Source: Alphaproteobacteria bacterium (GTDB lineage Bacteria > Pseudomonadota > Alphaproteobacteria > GCA-2731375). Taken from it: DNA of 64,000 bases. Both the position numbers and the translations under genes were made by a program. Location: positions 64,001 to 128,000 of the forward strand of contig CBDDBZ010000029.1 in the NCBI GenBank assembly GCA_965225945.1. The letters are read 5' to 3'. Of the stretch, positions 1-10,514 are shown one piece after another (position 1 is the first letter of the stretch; each line of letters starts with the position of its first letter). Below the pieces are notes generated by a model. It had not been told where the DNA came from. It searched no databases and saw only the letters and a program-made list of their open reading frames with translations.

Positions 1-335
1 TCGCGGTGCGCTCGTGTCTCACCTTGGCGCATCAGGCCGATGGCCGCCGCATCGATACGGTCGAGGGACTGAATGACGGAAAGGCCGGTTTGAATCGCCT
101 GCAACAGGCGTTCCGCCGTCATCACGCCCTGCAATGCGGCTTTTGCACACCCGGTATCTTGATGAGCTTACACGACTTCCTGGAGCGAAACCCGGCGCCC
201 ACGGAGGCAGATGTGCGCGAAGTCCTGGGCGGGCATTTGTGCCGCTGCACCGGATATGTCGGCATCCTGCGCGCCGTCGCCGAGGTGATCGGCGATGGCG
301 ATAATGAACCATCGAGCGAAGCTGAGAGATCCTAA
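1..335 (+). CDS. (2Fe-2S)-binding small subunit of a CoxS/xanthine dehydrogenase-family molybdoenzyme, 5' truncated by the window edge
   Basis: RSCL...TVEGL, QCGFCTPG and GHLCRCTGY motifs. Confidence 0.9.
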   Translation, partial: AVRSCLTLAHQADGRRIDTVEGLNDGKAGLNRLQQAFRRHHALQCGFCTPGILMSLHDFLERNPAPTEADVREVLGGHLCRCTGYVGILRAVAEVIGDGDNEPSSEAERS

Positions 336-513
336 ATCTGGGAGTTGGAGTGCCCCTGTGCTCGAAAACCCTTTGAGAATACGTACAGTTCCCAATCGGA
401 CGGGATCACCCAGATGTAACTGCGGAGCAGTTGGAATAGTTCTCGATGAATCAATGTCTTAAATTCGATTCGGGCAATCCAAATGCTGTTTTTTAGGTTT
501 ACCGATCGACGAA

Positions 514-1308
514 TCATCGCACGGCGATGGCGTGCGCGTGGTTGATCGGGCCGTGGCCGGCGCCGAGGCCCGGCGCGGCGAGGATCGCCTGGTGGACATA
601 GCTGGTCGCACGCTCGACCGCGGCCGCCGTCGAGAGCCCCTGGGCGATGCCGGTGGCGATCGCCGAGGCCAGCGTGCAGCCGGTGCCGTGGGTGCTGGTG
701 GTCTCCACCCGCGTGGTCTCGAAGCGCGTGACGCCGTCCCGGGCGACCAGCAGATCGGCGATGTGCGGCCCCGCCATGTGGCCGCCCTTCATCAGCACCG
801 CCTCCGGCCCTTGGGCGAGGAGCGCGTGGCCCACTTCGATCATGTCGTCTTCGTCGCGGATCGTGGTCTCGGCGAGGATCTCCGCCTCGGGAACGTTCGG
901 TGTCAGCACTCGGGCGCGCGGCAGCAGCAGGCGCAGCACGTCCATGGTGTCCTCGTTCAACAGCCGGGCGCCGCCCTTGGCCACCATCACCGGATCCATC
1001 ACCAAGGGAACGCCGCGCCCCTCGTCGGCCAGCGCGCTCGCCACCACCTCCAGGATCTCGACGCGGTGCAGCATGCCGGTCTTCAGGCAGTCGGCGCCGA
1101 TGTCGGCCAGCACCACCTGGATCTGCCGGCGGACGAAATCGGGCGGCACCTCGTGGATGGCGTGGACGTCGCGGGTGTCCTGCGCGGTGAGCGCGGTGAT
1201 CGCCGTCGCCGCGTAACCGCCCAGCGCCGTAACCGTCTTGATGTCCGCCTGAATGCCCGCGCCGCCGCCGGAATCCGATCCGGCGATGATCAGGACACGT
1301 CCCTTCAC
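514..1308 (-). CDS. thiD: Hydroxymethylpyrimidine/phosphomethylpyrimidine kinase
   Basis: [40 protein letters not shown]; overlaps the glmM stop. Confidence 0.96.
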   Translation of the reverse strand: MKGRVLIIAGSDSGGGAGIQADIKTVTALGGYAATAITALTAQDTRDVHAIHEVPPDFVRRQIQVVLADIGADCLKTGMLHRVEILEVVASALADEGRGVPLVMDPVMVAKGGARLLNEDTMDVLRLLLPRARVLTPNVPEAEILAETTIRDEDDMIEVGHALLAQGPEAVLMKGGHMAGPHIADLLVARDGVTRFETTRVETTSTHGTGCTLASAIATGIAQGLSTAAAVERATSYVHQAILAAPGLGAGHGPINHAHAIAVR

Positions 1309-2666
1309 CTCGCCGCCCCGAGGGAAGCCGCGCGTTCGATCGCGCCGGCCAACTCCTCGACGATGTGGTTGACCTCGTCCGCGTTCTCGCCCTCGCCCAT
1401 GACCCGGATCAGCGGTTCGGTACCGGACGGGCGGATGACCAACCGGCCACGCGCGCCGAGCGCCTTCTGGCAGTTGGCGACGGCGGCTTGCACACTCTCG
1501 TCCTCCAGCGGCGAGCGGCCGCCGTAACGGACGTTCTTCAAGATTTGCGGCATCAGCTCGAAGCGATGGCAGACCTCGCTCACCGGTCGGCCGGTGGCGA
1601 CGACCAGAGCGAGAATTTGCAACGCCGCGATCAGCCCATCGCCCGAGGTGCCGAAATCCGACAGCACGATATGGCCCGACTTCTCGCCGCCGACGTTGAG
1701 GTCGTGGCGGCGCAAGAACTCGACGACGTAGCGATCGCCCACGGCCGTGCGGTGCAGGCGCAGCCCCCGGCCCGCCAGATAGCGCTCCAGGCCGAGGTTG
1801 GACATCACCGTCGCCACCACGCCGTCGCCCCGCAGCCGCGCCGCCTCCTGCCAGCTATCGGCGATCGCCGCCAACACTTGATCTCCGTCGATCAAGTGGC
1901 CGTGCTCGTCGACCAATATGACCCGGTCGGCATCGCCGTCGAGCGCGATGCCGACGTCGGCGCCGTGGGTGACGACCTGTTCGCGGAGATACTCCGGATC
2001 CGTCGAACCACTGTTCAGGTTGATGTTGCGCCCGTCCGGGCTGACCGCGACGGGCACCACCTCGGCCTCCAGCTCCCACAGCACCGTCGGCGCCACCTTG
2101 TAGGCGGCGCCGTTGGCGCAATCGACCACGATCTTCAGCCCGTCGAGCCGCCGACCGCTCGGGAAGCTCCGCTTGACGAACTCGATATAGCGCCCCATCG
2201 CATCGTCGAGGCGGCGAACCTGGCCGACCATCTCCGGCGGCACCCGGGGCGCCTCGTCGGCCTCGGCGATCCGCCGCTCGATCTCCAGCTCGATCTCGTC
2301 GGAGAGCTTGTAGCCGTCGGGACCGAACAGCTTGATGCCGTTGTCCTGATAGGGATTGTGCGAGGCGGAGAGCATCACGCCGAGATCGGCCCGCAGGCTC
2401 CGCGTCAGCATCGCCACCGCCGGCGTCGGCATCGGTCCGACCAGGACCACGTCCATGCCCACCGCCGCGAAGCCCGAGGTCATCGCCGCTTCCAGCATGT
2501 AGCCGGAGAGCCGGGTGTCCTTGCCGATCACCACCCTATGGCGATGCGCACCCCGAGTGAACTGGCGACCCGCCGCCTTGCCGACGGCGAGCGCCACCTC
2601 GGCGGTGATCGGGAAGCTGTTCGTGGTTCCACGGATTCCGTCCGTGCCGAAATATTTCCGCTGCAT
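1305..2666 (-). CDS. glmM: Phosphoglucosamine mutase
   Basis: [16 protein letters not shown] phosphoserine loop, DGDADR, RPSGTEP. Confidence 0.97.
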   Translation of the reverse strand: MQRKYFGTDGIRGTTNSFPITAEVALAVGKAAGRQFTRGAHRHRVVIGKDTRLSGYMLEAAMTSGFAAVGMDVVLVGPMPTPAVAMLTRSLRADLGVMLSASHNPYQDNGIKLFGPDGYKLSDEIELEIERRIAEADEAPRVPPEMVGQVRRLDDAMGRYIEFVKRSFPSGRRLDGLKIVVDCANGAAYKVAPTVLWELEAEVVPVAVSPDGRNINLNSGSTDPEYLREQVVTHGADVGIALDGDADRVILVDEHGHLIDGDQVLAAIADSWQEAARLRGDGVVATVMSNLGLERYLAGRGLRLHRTAVGDRYVVEFLRRHDLNVGGEKSGHIVLSDFGTSGDGLIAALQILALVVATGRPVSEVCHRFELMPQILKNVRYGGRSPLEDESVQAAVANCQKALGARGRLVIRPSGTEPLIRVMGEGENADEVNHIVEELAGAIERAASLGAAR

Positions 2667-2737
2667 GAAATGCCACGGCCCCTAAACGTTTGCCTCTCAA
2701 CGCAAAACTAGCATTCGAGGGTTTTCGGGATCAAGTT

Positions 2738-3820
2738 TTATACGCGCGCCCTCGGCCCCTGGATGGCGCGCCACACGGCGAGCGCCTGCCGGGTTTCGGC
2801 CACGTCATGCACGCGCAACACGCGGACGCCTTGGCCCAGTGCCCAGAGCGCCCCGGCGAGCGAGCCCGCGAGGCGGCGGTCGGCGGGCTCGTCCCGGCTC
2901 ACGCGGGCGATGAAACTCTTGCGGGAAAGGCCGACCGCGATTGGTCGACCGAGGCCATGCAGGACGGATAGCCGGGCGAGCAGCGCCACGTTGTGCGCCG
3001 CCGTCTTGGCGAAGCCGAAGCCCGGATCGACGACGATCCGCTCCCGAGCGATGCCGCCCGCGACCGCCGCCTCGATGCAGGCCGCCAACTCGTCGTAAAT
3101 CTCCGCCACCACGTCGTGGTAGGTCGCATGGTCTCGCATCGTCGACGGCGTGCCTCGGCTGTGCATCAGAACGACCGGCGCCTCGGCCCGAGCCACGACC
3201 CCGACCGCGTCGGGATCGTGGCGGAGACCGCTCACGTCGTTGACGACGGCGGCACCGGCGGCGAGTGCCTGGTCCATCACGGAAGCGTTGCGCGTGTCGA
3301 TCGAAAGCGGCGCGGAAACGCCCCGCAGCGCCTCGATCACCGGAATCACGCGCGCGGCCTCGCTCTCGACCGCCAGCGCCTCGGCGCCGGGACGGGCGGA
3401 TTCGCCGCCGATGTCGACGAGGTCGGCGCCCGCCTCGATCACTCGGCGGGCCCGCGCCACGGCCGAGGACGTGTCGGCGTGGAGGCCGCCGTCGGAAAAG
3501 CTGTCCGGCGTCACGTTGACGACGCCCATTATCAGCGGTGCGTCGCCGGCGAAAAGGCAATGCGGCGGGACCGGCGCACTCGTCAGGCGCTCCCGGATCG
3601 TCTCGGCCGCCGGGCTCCCGTGCTTGCCTCGAACCTCGTCCAGCGCCGCGTCGAGCGGGCGGATGTCGGGCCTCTCACGGCGATCGTTCCAGAGCAGCTC
3701 GACCTCGCGAAAGCGCAACGGGCCGCCGACGAGCGGATGGTTGGGCTCGGCTGCATCGCCGGGGCTGAGCGGGATCGGGCGCAATAACGGCCGCCTCGGC
3801 GCCCCGGAGCCCGTGCTCAT
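2738..3820 (-). CDS. folP: Dihydropteroate synthase with N-terminal extension
   Basis: MGVVNVTPDSFSDGG, DIGGESARPG, DPGFGFAK, SRKSF, RVHDV; ftsH-folP-glmM synteny. Confidence 0.95.
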   Translation of the reverse strand: MSTGSGAPRRPLLRPIPLSPGDAAEPNHPLVGGPLRFREVELLWNDRRERPDIRPLDAALDEVRGKHGSPAAETIRERLTSAPVPPHCLFAGDAPLIMGVVNVTPDSFSDGGLHADTSSAVARARRVIEAGADLVDIGGESARPGAEALAVESEAARVIPVIEALRGVSAPLSIDTRNASVMDQALAAGAAVVNDVSGLRHDPDAVGVVARAEAPVVLMHSRGTPSTMRDHATYHDVVAEIYDELAACIEAAVAGGIARERIVVDPGFGFAKTAAHNVALLARLSVLHGLGRPIAVGLSRKSFIARVSRDEPADRRLAGSLAGALWALGQGVRVLRVHDVAETRQALAVWRAIQGPRARV

Positions 3821-3839
3821 GGCAGCCGCCGGCCGCGCG

Positions 3840-5780
3840 TCAGGACTCGGGCTGCGGCTCCGGCGAGAGGGAGCCTGGGCCCGGCTGCTCGCGGCCGTCG
3901 TTCTTGTGGCCGGAACTCGGGACCGAGGTCGCCTGCGGCGCGTCCTCCGAAGAGCCGTCGAAATCGTCGCGATGGATCGATTCGCCTCTCAGGACCACCT
4001 TCATTTCCTCGCCACTGAGCGTCTCGTATTCCAAAAGCGCCTTGGCCACCGCGTGCAGATCGTCCATGTGCGTCTCGAGCACTTCGCGCGCCGTCGCTTC
4101 CGCCTTGTTGATGATCCGGCGGATTTCCTCATCGATCAGGTTGGCGGTGGCGCCGGAGATGTTCTTGCGCTGGGCCACGGAATGGCCGAGGAAGATCTCC
4201 TCCTCGTCCGCGGTGTAGCGGAGCGGGCCGAGTTTGTCGCTCATCCCGTATTCGGTGACCATCGAGCGGGCCCAGGCGGTGGCCTGCTGGATGTCGGTGC
4301 CGCCGCCGGTGGTGACGTTCTCCTCGCCGAACACGAGCTGCTCGGCGACCCGGCCGCCATAGGACATGGCGAGCCGCGCCTCGATCTCGGTCTTCTTGTA
4401 GGTCAGGCGATCACGCTCCGGCAGGTTCATGGTGACGCCGAGGGCGCGGCCCCGGGGAATGATGGTGACCTTGTGCAGCGGATCGTTGCCCGGCACGAAG
4501 TGCGAGACCAGCGCATGGCCCGCCTCGTGATAGGCGGTGAGCTGCTTCTCGTCCTCGGTCATGACCATGGAGCGGCGTTCCGCGCCCATCATCACCCTGT
4601 CCCTGGACTCCTCGAACGCGGCCATGGTGACGACGCGCTTGTTTCTGCGGGCCGACAACAGGGCCGCCTCGTTCACCAGGTTGGCGAGGTCGGCGCCGGA
4701 GAAGCCGGGTGTGCCGCGGGCGATCACGCGGGCATCGACGTCGGGCGCCAGCGGCACCTTGCGCATGTGGATCAACAGGATTTTCTCCCGGCCCAGGATA
4801 TCCGGGTTGGGCACCACCACCTGGCGGTCGAAGCGGCCGGGCCTGAGCAGCGCCGGGTCCAGCACGTCGGGCCGGTTGGTCGCGGCGATCAGGATCACGC
4901 CCTCGTTGGTCTCGAAGCCGTCCATCTCCACCAGGAGCTGGTTCAAGGTCTGCTCGCGCTCGTCGTTGCCGCCGCCGAGCCCGGCGCCCCGATGGCGGCC
5001 GACCGCGTCGATCTCGTCGATGAAGATGATGCAAGGCGCGTTCTTCTTCGCCTGCTCGAACATGTCGCGGACCCGGCTGGCGCCGACGCCGACGAACATC
5101 TCGACGAAATCGGAGCCGGAGATGGTGAAGAACGGCACGTTGGCCTCGCCGGCGATGGCGCGGGCCAGCAGCGTCTTGCCGGTGCCGGGGGGACCCAACA
5201 GCAGCGCGCCCTTGGGGATGCGGCCGCCCAGGCGCTGGAATTTCTGTGGGTCCTTGAGGAACTCGACGATTTCCTCCAACTCCTCCTTCGCCTCGTCGAT
5301 GCCGGCCACGTCGTCGAAGGTGACCCGGCCCTGGCGCTCGGTCAGCAGCCGGGCCTTCGACTTGCCGAAGCCCATGGCCTTGCCGCCACCCGACTGCATC
5401 TGGCGCATGAAGAAGATCCAGACGCCGATCAGCAGCAGCATCGGGAACCAGTTGAGCAGGATGGCGAAGAGCGGCGGCGTGCCGTCCTCGGGCGCGGCGG
5501 CGTTGATCCTGACGCCCCGCTCGCGGAGCTTCTTGATCAGATCCGGATCGTCCGGCGCGTAGGTGGAGAACGACTTGCCGTTCATATACTTGCCGCTGAT
5601 CGCGTTGCCCTGGATGGTCACTTCGTTGACCTGGCCCGCCTCGACGTCGGCGAGGAACTCGCTATAGGCCTGGTCGCTGGACGGACCGTCCGACCTGTCC
5701 TGGTTGAAGAGGTTGACCAAGGCCAGCAGCAACAGGACGATGATGACCCAAAGGGCGATGTTTCGACCGAAATTGTTCAC
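3840..5780 (-). CDS. ftsH: ATP-dependent zinc metalloprotease FtsH
   Basis: Two TM helices, Walker A GPPGTGKT, Walker B IFIDEID, SRH region, HEAGH zinc motif. Confidence 0.98.
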   Translation of the reverse strand: MNNFGRNIALWVIIVLLLLALVNLFNQDRSDGPSSDQAYSEFLADVEAGQVNEVTIQGNAISGKYMNGKSFSTYAPDDPDLIKKLRERGVRINAAAPEDGTPPLFAILLNWFPMLLLIGVWIFFMRQMQSGGGKAMGFGKSKARLLTERQGRVTFDDVAGIDEAKEELEEIVEFLKDPQKFQRLGGRIPKGALLLGPPGTGKTLLARAIAGEANVPFFTISGSDFVEMFVGVGASRVRDMFEQAKKNAPCIIFIDEIDAVGRHRGAGLGGGNDEREQTLNQLLVEMDGFETNEGVILIAATNRPDVLDPALLRPGRFDRQVVVPNPDILGREKILLIHMRKVPLAPDVDARVIARGTPGFSGADLANLVNEAALLSARRNKRVVTMAAFEESRDRVMMGAERRSMVMTEDEKQLTAYHEAGHALVSHFVPGNDPLHKVTIIPRGRALGVTMNLPERDRLTYKKTEIEARLAMSYGGRVAEQLVFGEENVTTGGGTDIQQATAWARSMVTEYGMSDKLGPLRYTADEEEIFLGHSVAQRKNISGATANLIDEEIRRIINKAEATAREVLETHMDDLHAVAKALLEYETLSGEEMKVVLRGESIHRDDFDGSSEDAPQATSVPSSGHKNDGREQPGPGSLSPEPQPES

Positions 5781-5827
5781 GTTTGCAATCCCGTCCCCGG
5801 GCCCTCCACGGGCCCCGCGCGTTCAAT

Positions 5828-5855
5828 AGATAGTAACATCATTTCGCTAGGCAAC
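5828..5855 (-). promoter_or_regulatory. Candidate ftsH promoter (RpoH/RpoD-like)
   Basis: Minus strand GTTG-N17-ACTATCT in an AT-rich patch ~50 bp upstream of ftsH; resembles the alphaproteobacterial CTTG-N17-CYTATNT consensus. Confidence 0.4.
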
Positions 5856-5950
5856 GCCAAACTCCGGTGCGCCTTCGGGAGAACCGTTTGACCCGGCGTC
5901 GGGCGCCCACCTACGGTCGCCGCCGGGCGGCCCGGTGGAGAGTTTCGGCG

Positions 5951-6955
5951 ATGGCGGGAGCGGCCGAGGTGGGCGAGATGTCTGAGATCGCGCTGATCGG
6001 CGCCGGCCTGATCGGCGCCGGCTGGGCCGGGCGGATGGTCGAGAACGGCCTCGACGTGGTGGTCGCCGACACCTCGCCGGCGGCCGAGGCGCGGCTCGAC
6101 GCCATGCTGGCGCGGGCGCGGCGCGCCTGGGACGCGCTGGCCCCCGGCGTAGCGCGACGGCGAGGCCAGGTCCGCTTCACCACCGATATCGAGGCCGCCG
6201 TCGCCGGGGCCGACTTCATCCAGGAAAGCGCGCCCGAACGAGAGGCGTCGAAGGCTGAGCTGCTGGCCCGGATCACCCGGGCCTGTCCGGCCGGCGCCCT
6301 GGTCGCCTCCTCTTCCTCCGGGCTGCTGCCGAGCCGCCTGCAGGCGGACTGCGTCGGCCCGGAGCGGGTGCTGATCGGCCATCCCTTCAACCCGGTCTAT
6401 CTGCTGCCATTGGTCGAGCTGGTCGGCGGCGAGGCGACCACGGCCGAGAGCGTAGCGCGCGCCCGCCGCTTCTACGAAGGCCTCGGCATGCACGTGCTCC
6501 TGGTGCGCAGGGAGATCGAGGGCTACATCTCCGACCGCTTGCAAGAGGCGCTCTGGCGCGAGGCGCTGCATCTGGTGAACGAGGGCATCGCCACGACCGA
6601 CGAGATCGACAGGGCGATCGTCTACGGCCCGGGCCTCCGCTGGTCGGCGATGGGAACCTGCCTCGCCTTTCATCTCGCCGGCGGCGAGGCCGGCATGGCG
6701 CACATGCTGGCCCAGTTCGGTCCGGCGCCGGAACGGCCCTGGACCCGCCTGGAGGCGCCCGAGCTGAGTGCGGAGCTCATCGAGAAGCTGGTGAGCCAGA
6801 CGGCGGCGCAGGCCGAGGGGCGCGGAATCGAGGAACTGGAGCGACTCCGCGACGATTGCCTGATCGCCGTTCTGCAAGCCCTCGCCGGCCGGGATCACGG
6901 CGCCGGCCGGACGTTCGCTCGACATCTCGCCGGTCTCGAGGCGGGGATGGGGTGA
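5951..6955 (+). CDS. 3-hydroxyacyl-CoA dehydrogenase family, carnitine 3-dehydrogenase-like (start could be 5978)
   Basis: IGAGLIGAGW Rossmann fold, QESAPE, GHPFNPVYLLPLVE, DRLQEALWREALH, GPGLRWS. Confidence 0.85.
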   Translation: MAGAAEVGEMSEIALIGAGLIGAGWAGRMVENGLDVVVADTSPAAEARLDAMLARARRAWDALAPGVARRRGQVRFTTDIEAAVAGADFIQESAPEREASKAELLARITRACPAGALVASSSSGLLPSRLQADCVGPERVLIGHPFNPVYLLPLVELVGGEATTAESVARARRFYEGLGMHVLLVRREIEGYISDRLQEALWREALHLVNEGIATTDEIDRAIVYGPGLRWSAMGTCLAFHLAGGEAGMAHMLAQFGPAPERPWTRLEAPELSAELIEKLVSQTAAQAEGRGIEELERLRDDCLIAVLQALAGRDHGAGRTFARHLAGLEAGMG

Positions 6956-6965
6956 GCGGCGGCTC

Positions 6966-8153
6966 TCAAGAGACCTCGATCTGGGGCCAGAAGCGTTCGT
7001 CCTCGGTCTCGTATTCAAATTCGCCGCTGAATTCGGCGATGGTGAGCGCCAGGCGATCGATGCCGACGGCCCTCTCGTGCGTCTGCCGGCCCTCCAGGAC
7101 GGCGCGGGAGAAGGGGTTCTCCGGGGTGCCGTAGCCGATCGGGTCCCAAATCTCGCCGATACCTCGGCCGCCGAACTCGCGGATTTGGCTCACGTTGTCG
7201 AAGTTGGTCATGTCGAGGCGGGGATAGGCGGCGGTGGCGGGACTCTTGGCAGCGTCGGCAAAGACCGTGATCCGGGCATCGTTGTGGGCCATCGCGTAGC
7301 CGTAGCGATAGAACCGGCTGTTGGTATACCAAAGCGACAGGTTGACGTCGGAGCCCCAGCCCTCGAAGACGAAGGCGCCGGCCGGCTGGGTCCGCTGCAT
7401 CAGATGGCGCGACAGCAGCAGCAGGTAATAGAGGCTCCGGGGGTGCATCTCGCAGAAGGCGTGGTTGCAGGTGACGAGATCGATGCTCATCCGCGAGAGG
7501 GCGAAGCTCGGATCGTAAAACCGCCACCAGGGGATGTGCACGACCTCGCCGGACTCCGGCGTCGGCAGGCCGTGGAACGGCGTCTCCTCGCGCGCCAGCT
7601 CCCGTACCCGGCCGGGCGCCAGGGTCTCGAACAGCAGGCTCTGGTAGAGGTAGAAGCCTTGAGCCACGTCGGTCGAGACGTAGGGATAGCCTTCCAGGAT
7701 CAGCATCGCGCCGAGATAGCCGCTGCCGGCGCCGACCTCCAGGATCGGCGGGCGCGCATCGCCATAGATGTAGCGGATGTGGCGCAGCACGTTGATTGCC
7801 CGCAAGAGAGAGCCGCGCGCCACCAGACGGCAGCCGAAGGCCCGCTCCGAGAGGCTGGAGACGGCGCGGTTCACCTCGTGAAAGAGGCGGAATTCGTCCT
7901 CGTCCAGCCCTTCCAGCAGATTTACGAAGTTGTGCTCGAAGCGGCGTTCGTGCATCACGTCGACGAACTTCCAGAGCTCGCTCTCGTCCTCGACCCTGAC
8001 CGGATAGCCGACCTGTGCGAAGGTCACGGGCTGGAAGGATTCGACGATTCTGTTGGCCGTTCGGGCCCGGGCCCGGGCCTCGGCCGCATCGTATTCCCCG
8101 GCGCCGAGCGGCCCCGTGGCCACGCCTTCCAGCGCCTCGCCGGTCATGCTCAT
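6966..8153 (-). CDS. Hypothetical protein with class I SAM-dependent methyltransferase fold
   Basis: ILEVGAGSGYLG motif I, DLVTCNHAFCEM; realistic amino-acid composition. Confidence 0.65.
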   Translation of the reverse strand: MSMTGEALEGVATGPLGAGEYDAAEARARARTANRIVESFQPVTFAQVGYPVRVEDESELWKFVDVMHERRFEHNFVNLLEGLDEDEFRLFHEVNRAVSSLSERAFGCRLVARGSLLRAINVLRHIRYIYGDARPPILEVGAGSGYLGAMLILEGYPYVSTDVAQGFYLYQSLLFETLAPGRVRELAREETPFHGLPTPESGEVVHIPWWRFYDPSFALSRMSIDLVTCNHAFCEMHPRSLYYLLLLSRHLMQRTQPAGAFVFEGWGSDVNLSLWYTNSRFYRYGYAMAHNDARITVFADAAKSPATAAYPRLDMTNFDNVSQIREFGGRGIGEIWDPIGYGTPENPFSRAVLEGRQTHERAVGIDRLALTIAEFSGEFEYETEDERFWPQIEVS

Positions 8154-8261
8154 CGGCCACCTGCCTCCGCGTTATCGAAGCGGGCGAGGATCGCCGAACA
8201 TCGTTGAGAAAGCGTGAAGTCGGGGAAGAGGGCCGGCTTCGGGGACTTTCGAGACGGACAC

Positions 8262-9608
8262 TCAGGGCGTCGGCACCTCGTGGCGCTTCAGCATGCGGGT
8301 CTGGCGGCGGCGGAGGCGGGCCTCGTCGAAATCGGCGATCAGCTCGTGGAACAAGCGGTGCCAGTTGACCTCGGCGCGCAGGTGCATGAAGACCCCGCCG
8401 AGGCCGATCGCCGCTCGGTCCATGAAGACGAACTCGCCCGGCGGCGTGACACCACCCAACGCCCGCAATTTCTTGTGGACCTTCTCCGCCACCTCGCGGC
8501 CGTAGACGCCGCCAGCCTCGAATTCCTGGATGCGGCGTTTGCGATCCTCCAGCAGCGGCGCGTAAACGAAATTCGCCCACATGTTGAGGGTGTCGATCAC
8601 TTCGTTGGAGAGATCGCCGAAGCCCCATGTCTCGTAGGCATGCACGGCGAGGGCTCGGTCGTCGTTGCTGATCGCGTGATAGAGGTCGATCACGCCGCGC
8701 ACGAACTTCGCCTGAAAGATGCGGATACAGCCGAAGTCCAGGAGGTTGATGCCGTGATCGGGACGGGCCGAATAGTTGCCGAGATGCGGATCGCCGTGGA
8801 TCACGCCGTAGTTGTAGAAGGGGACGTACCAGGCGTGGAACATGTTGGTGGCGATAGCGTTGCGGACCTCCATCGCCGCCTCCTCGAAGGCCAGCAGCCG
8901 TTCGCCGTCGAGCCAGGCCATGGTCAGCAGGCGGCGGGTCGAAAGCTCGGGCATCACCTCCGGCACGTGGACGCCCGCCACGCGCTTCAGCATGTCGATG
9001 TAGAGGCGCATGTGGCGCGCCTCCAGCTCGTAGTCGAGTTCCTCGCGCAGGCGGGCGGCGATCTCCGCGTGCACCTGGCGGGTATCGATGGTGCGGTCGT
9101 AGCGGTGGTAAATGGCGAAGATCAGCTTCAACTGCCTGAGGTCCGCCTCCACCGCCGAGCTCATATCGGGATACTGCAGCTTGCAGGCCAGCACGCGACC
9201 GTCCAGGCGGGCGCGGTGCACCTGGCCGAGCGAGGCGGCGGCCCGGGCCTCGCGCTCGAAGTCGTCGAAGCGCTTTTGCCAATCCCCGCCCAGTTCCGCC
9301 GTCATCCGCCGACGGACGAAGAGCCAGCCCATCGATGGCGCGTTGGACTGGAGCTGGATCAGCTCCTGCACGTATTCCTGGGGCAGTGCCTCGGGCACGG
9401 TGGCCATGATCTGCGCCACCTTCATCAACGGTCCCTTGAGTCCGCCCAAGGCCGCTTTCAGCTCGCGCGCATGCTCGTCGCGATCGAGCTTGATGCCGAG
9501 GAAGCGTTCCCCCGCCAGCTTGGCGGCGAGGCCGCCGACCGCCGTCGAGACCCGCGCATAGCGCCTGACCCGCCCGCCGAGGGTCGAGGCCTCGTCGTCT
9601 TCCGCCAT
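8262..9608 (-). CDS. ABC1/UbiB/AarF-family atypical kinase
   Basis: LKGPLMKVAQ, AAASLGQVHRA, CKLQYP, EELDY, HGDPHLGN, LLDFGC. Confidence 0.92.
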   Translation of the reverse strand: MAEDDEASTLGGRVRRYARVSTAVGGLAAKLAGERFLGIKLDRDEHARELKAALGGLKGPLMKVAQIMATVPEALPQEYVQELIQLQSNAPSMGWLFVRRRMTAELGGDWQKRFDDFEREARAAASLGQVHRARLDGRVLACKLQYPDMSSAVEADLRQLKLIFAIYHRYDRTIDTRQVHAEIAARLREELDYELEARHMRLYIDMLKRVAGVHVPEVMPELSTRRLLTMAWLDGERLLAFEEAAMEVRNAIATNMFHAWYVPFYNYGVIHGDPHLGNYSARPDHGINLLDFGCIRIFQAKFVRGVIDLYHAISNDDRALAVHAYETWGFGDLSNEVIDTLNMWANFVYAPLLEDRKRRIQEFEAGGVYGREVAEKVHKKLRALGGVTPPGEFVFMDRAAIGLGGVFMHLRAEVNWHRLFHELIADFDEARLRRRQTRMLKRHEVPTP

Positions 9609-9690
9609 CAGTCCGAACGCTCCGTGGACATGCTTCCTACCGCTGAATCCCTAGGTGTGATTCCGGCCAACGAAGAACAAGCAGGCCTGC

Positions 9691-10494
9691 TCAGGTCGCC
9701 GTGATGCCGCCGTCGAGCACCAGCTCGGCGCCGTTCATCAGGCCGGAGTCGTCGCTCGCCAGGTAGACCACGCCCCGGGCGATATCCTCGACCGTGCCCA
9801 TGCGGCCGATCGGCTGGCGCTGGACCAGGCTCTCCCAGGCTTGCTCGTAGGTCTGGTGCCGGCCGAGCCGGATCGTCTTGTGCGCCACCTGCTTCATCAT
9901 CTCGGTGTCGATGATGCCGGGATGCACCGAGTTCACCCGGATATTGTAGCCGAGGAAGGCGCATTCGATCGCCAGCGACTTGGTGAACAGCCGCACCCCC
10001 CCCTTCGACATCGAATAGGCCGCGCTGAGCGGCGAGGCGACGATGCCGGCGATCGAGGAGGTGTTGATGATCGAGCCCGAGGGACCGCCCTCGGGGCAAC
10101 ACGCCTTCATCACCCGGACCCCGTGCTTGGCGCCCAGGAAGACACCTTCCAGGTTCACCGCCTGGATCCGCCGCCATTCCTCCAGCGTCGTCTCCTCGAC
10201 GGAGCCCGCGGCGAAAATCCCGGCGTTGTTGAAGAGGACGTGCAGCCCGCCCTCGCTGGCCACCACGTCGTCGACGATTTGGGCCCACTCGTCCTCCACC
10301 GTGACGTCGTGGCGGACGAAACGAGCCCGCCCGCCCCCGGCCTCGATCGCCGCCGCGCTCGCCGCGCCCTCCGCCTCCAGGAGGTCGGTGATGACGACGC
10401 TGGCGCCCTCCGCCGCCATCGCACTCGCCGTGGCCGCGCCGATGCCGCGCGCGCCGCCGCTGATCAGCGCCACCTTGCCGTCGAGCCTGCCCAT
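9691..10494 (-). CDS. Short-chain dehydrogenase/reductase (3alpha,20beta-HSD-like)
   Basis: SGGARGIG, NNAG, YSMSK catalytic motif, NSVHPG; ATG at 10494. Confidence 0.92.
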   Translation of the reverse strand: MGRLDGKVALISGGARGIGAATASAMAAEGASVVITDLLEAEGAASAAAIEAGGGRARFVRHDVTVEDEWAQIVDDVVASEGGLHVLFNNAGIFAAGSVEETTLEEWRRIQAVNLEGVFLGAKHGVRVMKACCPEGGPSGSIINTSSIAGIVASPLSAAYSMSKGGVRLFTKSLAIECAFLGYNIRVNSVHPGIIDTEMMKQVAHKTIRLGRHQTYEQAWESLVQRQPIGRMGTVEDIARGVVYLASDDSGLMNGAELVLDGGITAT

Positions 10495-10514
10495 GACCCT
10501 CTCCCTCGTTGCCT

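Noticed and set aside
332-517. 61-aa ORF overlapping the thiD stop
   Set aside because: Atypical AT-rich codons and no recognisable motif; not called as a gene.
2738-3820. N-terminal extension of FolP as a novel fusion
   Set aside because: Similar extensions are common in alphaproteobacterial dihydropteroate synthases.
3150-5891. 913-aa plus-strand ORF
   Set aside because: Antisense shadow of ftsH/folP, typical of high-GC DNA.
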